From the NCBI GenBank assembly GCA_009773185.1, contig WPIF01000008.1, forward strand, positions 77,597 through 141,596: a DNA stretch of 64,000 nt, in the 5' to 3' direction. The stretch's first letter is position 1. Each line of letters begins with the position of its first letter. The notes under the pieces were generated by a model that had not been told where the DNA came from, ran no database searches, and saw nothing but the letters and a program-made list of their open reading frames with translations. The position numbers and the translations under genes were made by a program. The DNA comes from Nitrospirota bacterium (GTDB taxonomy: Bacteria; Nitrospirota; Thermodesulfovibrionia; Thermodesulfovibrionales; UBA1546). Shown here in pieces: positions 48,925-60,430 of the stretch.

Positions 48925-49671
48925 TTGCGTATACCATTTATTGCAGCTAACTGGAAGATGAACAAGACCATTCCCGAAACAAGGGGGTTTTTGAAGGCGC
49001 TGATCCCTTCTGTAAAGGATGCAGTTGGAGTGGATATTGTAATAGCCCCGCCATTTACCTCTCTTTTATCTGCTGCGGAGGAAGCGAAAGGCACAAACGT
49101 AAAGATTGCATCTCAGGATGTTTTCTATGAAGAAAAGGGTGCATTCACAGGAGAAATATCTCCTGGTATGCTTTTGGATTGCGGTTGTTCGCATGTTATT
49201 GTCGGGCATTCGGAGCGAAGGCAGTATTTCAATGAGACCGACGGGGTAATAAACAAGAAGATTAGGGCTTCGAAGAAGAACGGGCTTGGCGTAATTTTTT
49301 GCATAGGCGAATCTTTGGAGCAAAGAGAATCAGGGAAGACCTTTGATATACTGAGCAGGGAGATGGAAAACGGGCTTAAAGATATTGATGGAGATAACAT
49401 TGTTGTAGCATACGAGCCCATATGGGCAATAGGTACGGGCAGGACAGCTGCTCCTGAACAGGCCCAGGAGGTCCATGCCTATATCAGAAAGAAAATCAGG
49501 GTTTTGTATGGAAATAAGGCTGATGAAATCCGTATAATATATGGAGGGAGTGTAACTCCGGAGAATGTAGGCTCTCTCATGGCTTGCGGGGATATAGATG
49601 GAGCGCTTGTCGGTGGAGCCAGCCTTAAGGCCGAGAGTTTTGTTGGGATAGTGAAATTTAAGACGGTCTAG
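48925..49671 (+). CDS. tpiA: Triosephosphate isomerase
   Basis: AANWKMN, GHSERR, AYEPIWAIGTG, YGGSV, LVGGAS. Confidence 0.97.
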   Translation: MRIPFIAANWKMNKTIPETRGFLKALIPSVKDAVGVDIVIAPPFTSLLSAAEEAKGTNVKIASQDVFYEEKGAFTGEISPGMLLDCGCSHVIVGHSERRQYFNETDGVINKKIRASKKNGLGVIFCIGESLEQRESGKTFDILSREMENGLKDIDGDNIVVAYEPIWAIGTGRTAAPEQAQEVHAYIRKKIRVLYGNKADEIRIIYGGSVTPENVGSLMACGDIDGALVGGASLKAESFVGIVKFKTV

Positions 49672-49689
49672 GACCCATATGGAGGAAAA

Positions 49690-50043
49690 ATGGCAACACT
49701 GCTTTTAATAGTTCATGTTTTAGTTTGTCTGTTTTTAATCTTTATTGTGCTTATACAGAGCGGAAAGGGCGCAGATCTTGGCGCTGCATTCGGCGGTTCA
49801 AGCCAGACCCTTTTTGGCAGCCGCGGGGCAGCCACATTTTTCAGCAAACTTACCACAATTGCTGCAATTGTATTTATGCTTACATCCCTGTCTCTCGCAG
49901 TTGTTTCAGTAAGAACAGGTTCGATAATAAAGAAAACAGCGCCGGTTAAGGAAAAGGGCGCTCTCCCGCCGGCTCAGGGCGGCGGCGTTCAGCCTTTACA
50001 GCAGCAGGCTCCTCAAGCTCCGGCGCAGCCGGCGGCAAGATAA
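49690..50043 (+). CDS. secG: Preprotein translocase subunit SecG
   Basis: LIQSGKGADLGAAFGG...FFSKLT. Confidence 0.95.
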   Translation: MATLLLIVHVLVCLFLIFIVLIQSGKGADLGAAFGGSSQTLFGSRGAATFFSKLTTIAAIVFMLTSLSLAVVSVRTGSIIKKTAPVKEKGALPPAQGGGVQPLQQQAPQAPAQPAAR

Positions 50044-50177
50044 TGAGTGATTGGGTTTTGGCAATAGGCATTCTGGCAGTATGGCTGATTTTACAGCTTG
50101 TAGTATTCCCGCGCCTGGGGATACACTCCTGAGGCTCAAGTCCCAAGGAGCCGGGCGCTCCCAGGAAAAAGTGCTAG
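50043..50177 (+). CDS. Small membrane peptide, possible selenoprotein (in-frame TGA at 50130-50132)
   Basis: MSDWVLAIGILAVWLILQLVVFPRLGIHS-UGA-GSSPKEPGAPRKKC; ATG overlaps the secG stop; a hairpin follows the UGA. Confidence 0.45.
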
Positions 50178-50232
50178 CCTACAAAAAAGTTTAAGCCTTT
50201 ACATTTTTGTCGCATTCCCCTAGAATATTCTC

Positions 50233-51765
50233 ATGGGCCGCAATTATGACAAGACGCTTGAGATCAGCGCGCTTTATGAGATAAGCAAGCTGCTTGGTTC
50301 ATCCCTTAATCTTAAATCGAATCTGCGCGGGGTAATGAGGGTATTGTCAGAATACCTCGATATGAAGAGGGGGACAGTAGCTCTCAGGACAGACAATGAA
50401 GTCTCCATTATCGCTGCGCATGGAATGTCAGAGGAAGAGATAAGAAGGGGAAGATACAAGCTCGGCGAAGGCATTATCGGCAGGGTCGCAAAACTCGGCT
50501 CTCCTATTGTAATCCCGAATATCGGAGAGGAACCGCTGTTCCTGAACAAGACGGGCGCGCGAACAACGATAAAAAAGGAGAATATCGCCTTTCTCTGCGT
50601 ACCCATAAAATTCAAAAATGAAACTCTCGGTGTTTTAAGCGTTGACAGGCTTTTCGGCTCAAAGACCATATCATTTGAAGAAGACCTGAGGATGCTCAAG
50701 ATTATAGCCTCATTAATAGCCCAATCCGCCAAGCTGCATCAGGAAGTCGAGAAAGAGCGGGAGGCGTTTATCGAGGAGAAAGAGAACCTAAAGCGCCAGC
50801 TCAAAGGCAGATACAGGGTAGAAAATATGATAGGTCAGTCCGAAAGCATGCAGGAGGTCTTTGAGGCAGTCCACAGAGTTGCACCGTCAAAGGCAAACGT
50901 GCTTTTGCGGGGCGAAAGCGGCACCGGAAAGGAGCTTATTGCAAAGGCGATCCATTACATGAGCCCGGTGTCAAAAGGGCCTTTCATAAAATTCAACTGC
51001 GCATCCATTCCCGAAGGGCTTTTGGAGTCAGAGCTGTTCGGACATGAAAAAGGCTCTTTTACAGGCGCGATGGCTGCCAGAAAAGGAAGGTTTGAGCTTG
51101 CAGACAAAGGGACTATTTTCCTTGATGAGATAGGCGATCTGCCTTTATCACTGCAACCCAAGATACTGAGGGTCTTGCAGGAAAAAGAGTTCGAGAGGGT
51201 AGGCGGTGAAAAGACCATAAAGGTTGATGTAAGGCTCATTGCTGCAACGAGCAGAAACCTTGAGGACCTTGTTTCAAAAGGGAAGTTCAGGGAAGACCTT
51301 TATTATCGCCTTAATGTCGTCCCTATATTCCTTCCTTCGTTGAGGGAGAAAAAAGAGGATATTGCGCAGCTTGCGGAATATTTCCTTAAGAAATACAACA
51401 AGGAAAATAATAAATCCGTTACGATTAAGGCTGATGTGCTTGATGTTTTCATGGACTATGAATGGCAGGGAAATGTGAGAGAACTTGAAAACACAATCGA
51501 AAGGCTTGTTGTTATGTCAGCGGGCAAAGTTATAACAAAGGCTGATTTGCCTCTGAATATCAAAGACCAGTCAATCAAATCGAAGTATGGCATTCAGGCA
51601 AAAGATGCCCTTACTTCGACTATTGAAGACATTGAAAAGGCAAGGATTCTTGATGCCCTTACGAACACAAACTGGAATCAGGCAAAGGCGGCAAAGGCGC
51701 TGGGAATTACTCCAAGGCAGATAGGGTATAAGATGAAGAAGTATGAGATAGAGCAAACGGCGTAA
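50233..51765 (+). CDS. nifA: NifA-like sigma54 activator (GAF-AAA+-HTH)
   Basis: GAF domain (RYKLGEGIIG...EPLFLN), GESGTGKE, ESELFGHEKGSFTGA, FREDLYYRLNV, Fis-type HTH. Confidence 0.82.
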   Translation: MGRNYDKTLEISALYEISKLLGSSLNLKSNLRGVMRVLSEYLDMKRGTVALRTDNEVSIIAAHGMSEEEIRRGRYKLGEGIIGRVAKLGSPIVIPNIGEEPLFLNKTGARTTIKKENIAFLCVPIKFKNETLGVLSVDRLFGSKTISFEEDLRMLKIIASLIAQSAKLHQEVEKEREAFIEEKENLKRQLKGRYRVENMIGQSESMQEVFEAVHRVAPSKANVLLRGESGTGKELIAKAIHYMSPVSKGPFIKFNCASIPEGLLESELFGHEKGSFTGAMAARKGRFELADKGTIFLDEIGDLPLSLQPKILRVLQEKEFERVGGEKTIKVDVRLIAATSRNLEDLVSKGKFREDLYYRLNVVPIFLPSLREKKEDIAQLAEYFLKKYNKENNKSVTIKADVLDVFMDYEWQGNVRELENTIERLVVMSAGKVITKADLPLNIKDQSIKSKYGIQAKDALTSTIEDIEKARILDALTNTNWNQAKAAKALGITPRQIGYKMKKYEIEQTA

Positions 51766-51966
51766 GAAAAATTTCTATTCAAGCAGGAGAATCTTTAAGT
51801 TATTAAGCAAGCGGAACCTGCCTTTGCATCTGTTCAATTGTTATTTATCAGTTATACAGTGCTTTTTTGTTTTTCTTAATTACCTGTTTTGTTCTATATA
51901 AAATATCCTCAATCACCCTTTTTTAAATTATAAACCTCCCTTCAGCATGACAACTCTCCATCATTT

Positions 51967-52060
51967 CCTACAAATTTGTACTATCAGAACAAAAATGTAT
52001 CATCAACTTACTGCAATTATCATATAGATCAAGCAGTTAGCGCCTGGCATGGTTCTGGCA
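51967..52060 (+). promoter_or_regulatory. sigma54 promoter with upstream ACA-N4-TGT palindromes
   Basis: TGGCATGGTTCTGGCA (GG-N10-GC, 52045-52060); cctacaaatttgtac 51967-51981; gaacaaaaatgtatc 51987-52001; IHF-like gatcaagcagtta. Confidence 0.75.
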
Positions 52061-52078
52061 ATTAAATTATGCGAGGTA

Positions 52079-52291
52079 ATGGAGACGATGGGTTCACTGA
52101 AAGAAAAGATAGGCCTAATGGAGAGGGATGAGATAATCGCCGCCCTTAAAGAAAGCAACTGGATTATGGCAAGGGCAGCGAGAAAGCTCGGAATTACCGA
52201 AAGGATGATCGGTTACAAGATTAAAAAATACGGGATAAAGGAGGTGCGGTGGATTAAAGGGGCAGTGCAAGAGGAACAAACGGCAGGCTGA
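52079..52291 (+). CDS. Stand-alone Fis-type HTH protein paralogous to the NifA C-terminus
   Basis: ERDEIIAALKESNWIMARAARKLGITERMIGYKIKKYGI; start at ATG 52079 or 52088. Confidence 0.8.
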   Translation: METMGSLKEKIGLMERDEIIAALKESNWIMARAARKLGITERMIGYKIKKYGIKEVRWIKGAVQEEQTAG

Positions 52292-52349
52292 TAGTTTTTT
52301 GCATGATCAATTTTATATTGATCAATTTAAGAAAGGGAGGAACATTAAA

Positions 52350-53255
52350 ATGAAAAAGATGAGGATTTTAGTTTTGGCGCTGTTTGCGGCAACTTTTTTT
52401 GCAAGCGGTGTTTTGGCAGAGGAAAAAAAAGTGGACGGCAAAACGGTCCATGAGGTGGAGACTGAGAAAGGGACGACCCTGGCGCATACAGTGGCGCCGG
52501 AGACTTCACCGGTATCGGGCAGCGCATCAATCGGTGTCTTTAACCGTTACGTATTCAGGGGCTATGAATTAAACTCGCACAGCTTTGTAATACAGCCCTC
52601 CATGAGCATTTCGTATAAGGGCCTTTCAGCTACGCTCTGGAGCAACATGGACAGTAATGTCAACAGTACTCAGAGCCTTACCAACGCAAACTATCTTGCA
52701 AATAATACAGGCAAGAAAGACATTAATGAGACCGATTATACGCTGAGCTATACCTATGTGATTAAGAAGCTCAGCCTGACAGGCGGTTACATCTATTACG
52801 GTACGGATTATACGCCTGAAACAGAGGAGGTATTTGCAACCGTGTCTTACGATACGTTGTTAAAGCCCTCATTCAGCGTCTACCGCGATGTAAATGAGTA
52901 CGGAGGCACCTATTACAACGTATCAATTGCGCATTCGCTGCCGCTCTTTAAGGAGATAACACTTGACCTTGGCGCATCAGCCGGTTATTTCGCAGGAAGT
53001 GATCAGTACTGGAGCACGTACGAGGCTTCAACAGGCGCATACACAGGCAAGAAATACAAGGCATTCCATGACGGCATGGTAAAAGCGGGCCTTACTATAC
53101 CTGTAGCGAAAAATATGTCGCTTCAGCCTTTGGCCCAATACTGGATTCCTTTGTCAGGCAAGGCAAAAAGGACAATAGACGGGATTTCTTATAATCCGAA
53201 TGGAAAGCTTGATAGCACCTTTGTGGCTGGTGTTAATCTCATATTGAGCTTTTAA
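52350..53255 (+). CDS. Outer-membrane beta-barrel, TorF-like putative porin
   Basis: Signal peptide, RYVFRG...VIQPS, ETDYTLSY, C-terminal Phe; upstream of amtB. Confidence 0.75.
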   Translation: MKKMRILVLALFAATFFASGVLAEEKKVDGKTVHEVETEKGTTLAHTVAPETSPVSGSASIGVFNRYVFRGYELNSHSFVIQPSMSISYKGLSATLWSNMDSNVNSTQSLTNANYLANNTGKKDINETDYTLSYTYVIKKLSLTGGYIYYGTDYTPETEEVFATVSYDTLLKPSFSVYRDVNEYGGTYYNVSIAHSLPLFKEITLDLGASAGYFAGSDQYWSTYEASTGAYTGKKYKAFHDGMVKAGLTIPVAKNMSLQPLAQYWIPLSGKAKRTIDGISYNPNGKLDSTFVAGVNLILSF

Positions 53256-53276
53256 GAAGAATTCTGGAGGGATAAA

Positions 53277-55279
<2,003 letters not shown>

Positions 55280-55294
55280 GTAATGCGCGGTTTT

Positions 55295-55327
55295 AAAAAA
55301 AGGACGGGCAATACCCGTCCTTTTTTT
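55295..55327 (+). terminator. Intrinsic terminator (bidirectional-looking)
   Basis: A7-ggacggg-caata-cccgtcc-T7. Confidence 0.85.
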
Positions 55328-55354
55328 ATGGCTCAAGCGAATGGGGCCTGATGT

Positions 55355-55447
55355 CATACAAATTTGTAGGTGCATACAAAATTGTAGCTTCAATTCTTCC
55401 GGGATATCTTTATAAATCAGCGCCTTATATTCTGGCATGTATTTAGC
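55355..55447 (+). promoter_or_regulatory. sigma54 promoter with tandem activator palindromes and IHF site
   Basis: catacaaatttgtagg 55355-55370, catacaaaattgtagc 55373-55388, aatcagcgcctta (WATCAR-N4-TTR), TGGCATGTATTTAGC 55433-55447. Confidence 0.78.
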
Positions 55448-55496
55448 TATTATGTGATTAACAATTAAAGCTTACGGGTAAAAATGGAGGTGCAAG

Positions 55497-56849
55497 ATGA
55501 AAAAGTTAGTGAGTATGATGGTTTTGCTGTGTTTTATGGCTGCAGCAGGCGCTTTGTTTGCTGAGGAGGCCCAAATAGAGGTTCCAAAAGCAGAGGCTCC
55601 TGCGGTTACTGCGCCTGCGCCGTTAAAAGTGGATACAGGAGATACAGCATGGGTTCTGATTTCTGCTGCACTGGTTATGCTCATGACGCCTGGTTTGGCG
55701 CTTTTTTATGGCGGGATGGTAAGAAGAAAGAATGTGCTTGGCACAATCATGCAGAGCTTCATAGCCCTTGGCGTGATGACAATACTCTGGGTGCTTTACG
55801 GGTACAGCCTTTCATTCGGGCCTGACAAGTGGCATATAATAGGAGGGCTTGAATGGATCGGCCTTAAGGGAGTAGGGCTTGAGCCGAATCCTGATTACGC
55901 AGCAACAATACCGCATCAGGCATTCATGATATTCCAGATGATGTTTGCCGTGATTACTCCTGCGCTTATCACAGGTGCATTTGCCGAGAGATTTAAGTTT
56001 AAGACTTATCTGGTATTTCTTGTTCTCTGGGCAACCCTGGTTTATTTCCCTCTGGCACACTGGGTATGGGGTGTTGGAGGATGGATACGGAACCTTGGAG
56101 CTCTTGATTTTGCAGGAGGCCTGGTTGTGCATATAAGCTCGGGTGTATCTGCATTGGCTGCTGCAATTGTTGTAGGCAAAAGAAAAAGCCACGGGCTTGA
56201 GAACATGGCTCCGCATAATCTATCAATGACACTTTTAGGCGCTGCCTTGCTCTGGTTTGGATGGTTCGGGTTTAATGGCGGAAGCGCTGTTGCATCAGGC
56301 GCGCTTGCAACTTCTGCTTTTGTTGTAACTCATATTGCTACAGCAGCTGCGGCATTGTCGTGGATGGTAGTGGAATGGATTTACAGGGGAAAGGCTACGG
56401 TTCTTGGTGCAGCTTCAGGAGCTGTTGCAGGCCTTGTTGCAATAACCCCTGGGTCAGGTTTTGTAGGCCCGATGCCGGCATTAATCATAGGGCTTGTGGC
56501 AGGAACGTTGTGTTATATGGCAGTTAATTTAAAGACAAAATTGGGGTACGATGATTCACTTGATGCAGTGGGAGTTCACGGAGTAGGGGGCACCTGGGGC
56601 GCAATTGCAACCGGCTTGTTTGCATCAAAGGCAATTAACAGCGCTGGGAATAACGGCCTGTTTTTTGGGAATGCATCTCTGCTATGGAGCCAGTTAATAA
56701 GCATTGGTGCTGCATGGGTTTATTCATTTGTGATCACTCTCGTGTTGCTTAAAGTCCTTGACTGGACCATGGGGTTGAGGGTGAGCGATGAAGAAGAATA
56801 TGAAGGGCTTGACCTGAGCCAGCATGGCGAAAGCGGGTATACACTATAA
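55497..56849 (+). CDS. amtB: Ammonium transporter AmtB
   Basis: GDTAWVL, MTPGLALFYGG, DFAGG.VVH, WFGWFGFNGGS, YDDSLD...HG. Confidence 0.96.
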   Translation: MKKLVSMMVLLCFMAAAGALFAEEAQIEVPKAEAPAVTAPAPLKVDTGDTAWVLISAALVMLMTPGLALFYGGMVRRKNVLGTIMQSFIALGVMTILWVLYGYSLSFGPDKWHIIGGLEWIGLKGVGLEPNPDYAATIPHQAFMIFQMMFAVITPALITGAFAERFKFKTYLVFLVLWATLVYFPLAHWVWGVGGWIRNLGALDFAGGLVVHISSGVSALAAAIVVGKRKSHGLENMAPHNLSMTLLGAALLWFGWFGFNGGSAVASGALATSAFVVTHIATAAAALSWMVVEWIYRGKATVLGAASGAVAGLVAITPGSGFVGPMPALIIGLVAGTLCYMAVNLKTKLGYDDSLDAVGVHGVGGTWGAIATGLFASKAINSAGNNGLFFGNASLLWSQLISIGAAWVYSFVITLVLLKVLDWTMGLRVSDEEEYEGLDLSQHGESGYTL

Positions 56850-56862
56850 AATGAGATCATTA

Positions 56863-57356
<494 letters not shown>

Positions 57357-57408
57357 GTTGGGTATTAACCGGGATTGGCTCAGGATGCCGGTTCCGGTTA
57401 ACCTCATA

Positions 57409-57591
57409 GAAACAAATCTGTATTTCCTACAAAAATGTAGGAAATGTATTAACTCGTTGTTTTTGAAGAAATAAAAGAATGAAAGTGGAAGCAATTGCTA
57501 CAAAATTGTAGGAATTGTCCTGCATTTCAATGCAAAAAATCCTTAATAAACAATAAGCTGCCTTCAGGCATGACTCTGGCATTCCTTCTGC
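57409..57591 (+). promoter_or_regulatory. sigma54 promoter region of third amt
   Basis: cctacaaaaatgtagg 57426-57441, gctacaaaattgtagg 57497-57512; two overlapping GG-N10-GC sites (57567/57579 and 57578/57590). Confidence 0.72.
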
Positions 57592-57630
57592 GGACACAAA
57601 TAACCCGCGAACCCTAAAAGGAGCTTTAAA

Positions 57631-58938
57631 ATGAGAAAAAGATTGATTTCCCTGATAATCTCAGCTGGCGCCCTGTCTTTATTGCCTGTCTGCGCATATG
57701 CCCAGGAAACTGGCAAAGTTGACAGCGGCGATACCGCCTTTGTGCTTTTGTCTGCTGCCTTTGTAATGCTGATGACTCCAGGTCTGGCAATGTTTTATGG
57801 GGGCATGGTCAGGAAAAAAAACGTCCTTGGCACAATCATGCACAGCTTTGTTGCCATAGCTGTTGTGAGCATTCAGTGGATACTGATAGGCTATAGTCTT
57901 TCCTTCGGCCCGGATATAAACGGAATCATAGGAGGGCTTGATTGGATTGGGCTTAAGGGGGTAGGGCTTGTTCCAAATCCTGATTATGCTCCGACTATCC
58001 CACATCTGGCATTTATGATATACCAGGCAATGTTTGCTGTTATAACTCCTGCGCTTATAAGCGGGGCCTTTGCTGAAAGGATGAAATTCTCTTCGTTTCT
58101 TTTATTTATACTTTTATGGACAACCCTTGTATATGACCCTGTAGCTCACTGGGTATGGGGAACCGGGGGCTGGATGAAAAATTCGGGAGTGCTTGATTTT
58201 GCAGGCGGTATAGTTGTCCATATAACATCAGGGATATCTGCGCTTGCCGCTGCCTTATTCATAGGCAGGAGAAAGGGCTTTATGCGGGAGCCGATGCCCC
58301 CGCATAATCTTCCGTTGACTGTTTTAGGGGCAGGGCTTTTGTGGTTTGGATGGTTCGGGTTTAATGCAGGAAGCGCTCTTTCCGCCGGGGGTTTAAGCAC
58401 AATGGCATTTGTTACCACGCATACCGCTGCTGTGTCGGCAACGCTTGTGTGGGTTGTAATCGAATGGCTTCACAGGGGCAAGCCAACCATGTTCGGCGCT
58501 GCAACAGGTTCGATTGCCGGGCTTGCGACTATTACACCTGCCTCGGGATTTGTCGGGCCTATGCCTGCGCTTGCTATTGGTTTATTGGCCGGCAGTGTGT
58601 GTTATTTTGCTTTAAATATGAAAGGCAAACTTAGATATGATGATTCCCTCGACGCCTTTGGCGTACACGGTGTTGGCGGGATTTTAGGAACACTGGGCGC
58701 AGGATTGTTTGCAGAAAAGCTCATAAACCCATCAGGCGCTGACGGGCTGTTCTTTGGCAATCCTCACCAGCTTGTTGTTCAGATGATGGCTATTGCAACG
58801 GTTGTCGTATATTCATTTGGAGTTACATTCATCCTGCTGAAATTAATAGACTGGAGCATGGGCCTCAGAGTTTCCGAGGAAGACGAGATGATGGGGCTTG
58901 ACCTTAGCCAGCACGAAGAAAGCGGGTATACTCTTTAA
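57631..58938 (+). CDS. amtB: Ammonium transporter AmtB (third copy)
   Basis: GDTAFVL, MTPGLAMFYGG, DFAGGIVVH, YDDSLDAFGVHG. Confidence 0.96.
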   Translation: MRKRLISLIISAGALSLLPVCAYAQETGKVDSGDTAFVLLSAAFVMLMTPGLAMFYGGMVRKKNVLGTIMHSFVAIAVVSIQWILIGYSLSFGPDINGIIGGLDWIGLKGVGLVPNPDYAPTIPHLAFMIYQAMFAVITPALISGAFAERMKFSSFLLFILLWTTLVYDPVAHWVWGTGGWMKNSGVLDFAGGIVVHITSGISALAAALFIGRRKGFMREPMPPHNLPLTVLGAGLLWFGWFGFNAGSALSAGGLSTMAFVTTHTAAVSATLVWVVIEWLHRGKPTMFGAATGSIAGLATITPASGFVGPMPALAIGLLAGSVCYFALNMKGKLRYDDSLDAFGVHGVGGILGTLGAGLFAEKLINPSGADGLFFGNPHQLVVQMMAIATVVVYSFGVTFILLKLIDWSMGLRVSEEDEMMGLDLSQHEESGYTL

Positions 58939-59014
58939 CGCGTTAATGCGTTGAGCGCTAAGCGTTTATTGCGGAGACATTACGCGCTACAACCCGATAA
59001 ACGCTATAACTATA

Positions 59015-60352
59015 TTATTCGGATTTTGTGTCCGGCTCTTTTTTGCTTTTTGAAAGGGCCTTAAGGTCTGTGAATATATCATCTATACCCTGGTATCTGT
59101 CTTCCCGTACTTTCTTTATGCACTTTATGACGATTTCATCGAGCCAGTCAGGCACATCCTCAACAATATCAATAACCCGTGTTGAGCCGAGATCTTCCAG
59201 CTTGCCTGTCAGCATTTCATAGAGAATAACGCCTGACGAGTAAATGTCGGCCCTCACATCAGGAGAAAGCCCCCTGGTGGATTCAGGAGAGATGTATGCC
59301 GAAGACAATGCCCTTTTCAAAAAAGAAATATTGTTCCTGGCATCAATAACTATATTGTCAGGACTTAACAGGCCAAATGGCTGGCCGCTGTTATAGGATT
59401 CCTGAAGACTTTTAAGTATCTGAACCCAGAGCTTAAGGCTGTACTTTGGTTCTATCCTTCCGTTTTTTATAAAACTTCTAAGGGTGCTTTTTCCTTCAAG
59501 GCTTATATCTATATCTTCCTTGTGGGGTGGGGCAAGCATGTGTATTTTTTCCCTGACATCCTTGAATGCAGGGTCAGCCTTATCAATCTCTCTGAATATA
59601 TCAAGGGCTTTCTGTGCTTCGCCAATCTTTTCAAGATTAAAGGCATACAGGTAGAAGTCCTCTATGTTTGACGAATCAGGTTTTTGCCCGCGAAGAGAAA
59701 ACCCGAACATCTCAACAGCCTCTTTCACCAGGCCTTCTTTCTCAAGCAGGACAGATGCCCTCTTGTACTCCCCTGCCTCCCTGTAAGCCTTGGCAGCAGC
59801 GAGCCTTCTGCCGGCCCGTTCCATAATTATTGCAGCTTCAATCTTTTTCCCTGCTTTGTCGTAGAGCTTTGCAGCTTCCTCATATTCACCCTCCTGCATG
59901 GAAACTTCTGCAGAGGCCTCAATGTTCCCTTCTTTTTCATGTAGTTCTTTTGCTTTTTGAGTCATGCCCAGAAACTCATAGAGCCTGGCAGCCTGTTGGT
60001 AGTCCTTGCCTTTTTCATAAAGCACAGCAGCCTTTTTATAATCCTTGAACTTGTTTTCATATACACTTGCAGCTGATACGAACTTGCCTTCTTTTTCGTA
60101 GGCAGCAGCCTCATTCTTATAATCCTCGGTTAAGGTAGTCTTCAGTTTTTTCCCTATGGTGTTTTTATATATAAACCCGACAAGGAAGAATAGGGCGGCA
60201 AGTACAGGAATGAGGATAATAAGAAATATAATTAAAAGCCCGGTGTTTGCCTGTTTTGCCGGGGATGCGGAATTCAGGGCTGTTTCCTCGATAAAAGGTG
60301 TGTTGAAACGTGATAAGAGATCAAATAGTATCAATATCCATTCTCTCTGCAT
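59015..60352 (-). CDS. Membrane-anchored TPR/SNAP-like repeat protein with degenerate kinase C-lobe
   Basis: TM helix, AA.LYE..G repeats, LSPDNI, YISPE, ADIYSSGVILYEMLTG; no HRD, DFG or N-lobe. Confidence 0.7.
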   Translation of the reverse strand: MQREWILILFDLLSRFNTPFIEETALNSASPAKQANTGLLIIFLIILIPVLAALFFLVGFIYKNTIGKKLKTTLTEDYKNEAAAYEKEGKFVSAASVYENKFKDYKKAAVLYEKGKDYQQAARLYEFLGMTQKAKELHEKEGNIEASAEVSMQEGEYEEAAKLYDKAGKKIEAAIIMERAGRRLAAAKAYREAGEYKRASVLLEKEGLVKEAVEMFGFSLRGQKPDSSNIEDFYLYAFNLEKIGEAQKALDIFREIDKADPAFKDVREKIHMLAPPHKEDIDISLEGKSTLRSFIKNGRIEPKYSLKLWVQILKSLQESYNSGQPFGLLSPDNIVIDARNNISFLKRALSSAYISPESTRGLSPDVRADIYSSGVILYEMLTGKLEDLGSTRVIDIVEDVPDWLDEIVIKCIKKVREDRYQGIDDIFTDLKALSKSKKEPDTKSE

Positions 60353-60430
60353 CGCTTTATTCTACAACAAACCCGGGTTTTTCTTTTTTATTCTTCTAAG
60401 AAATTTCATATATATGATAAAGTATACAAA

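Noticed and set aside
50044-50230. tRNA after secG (a common position)
   Set aside because: No cloverleaf or T-loop GTTCRA motif seen; the space is taken by a small ORF and regulator sites.
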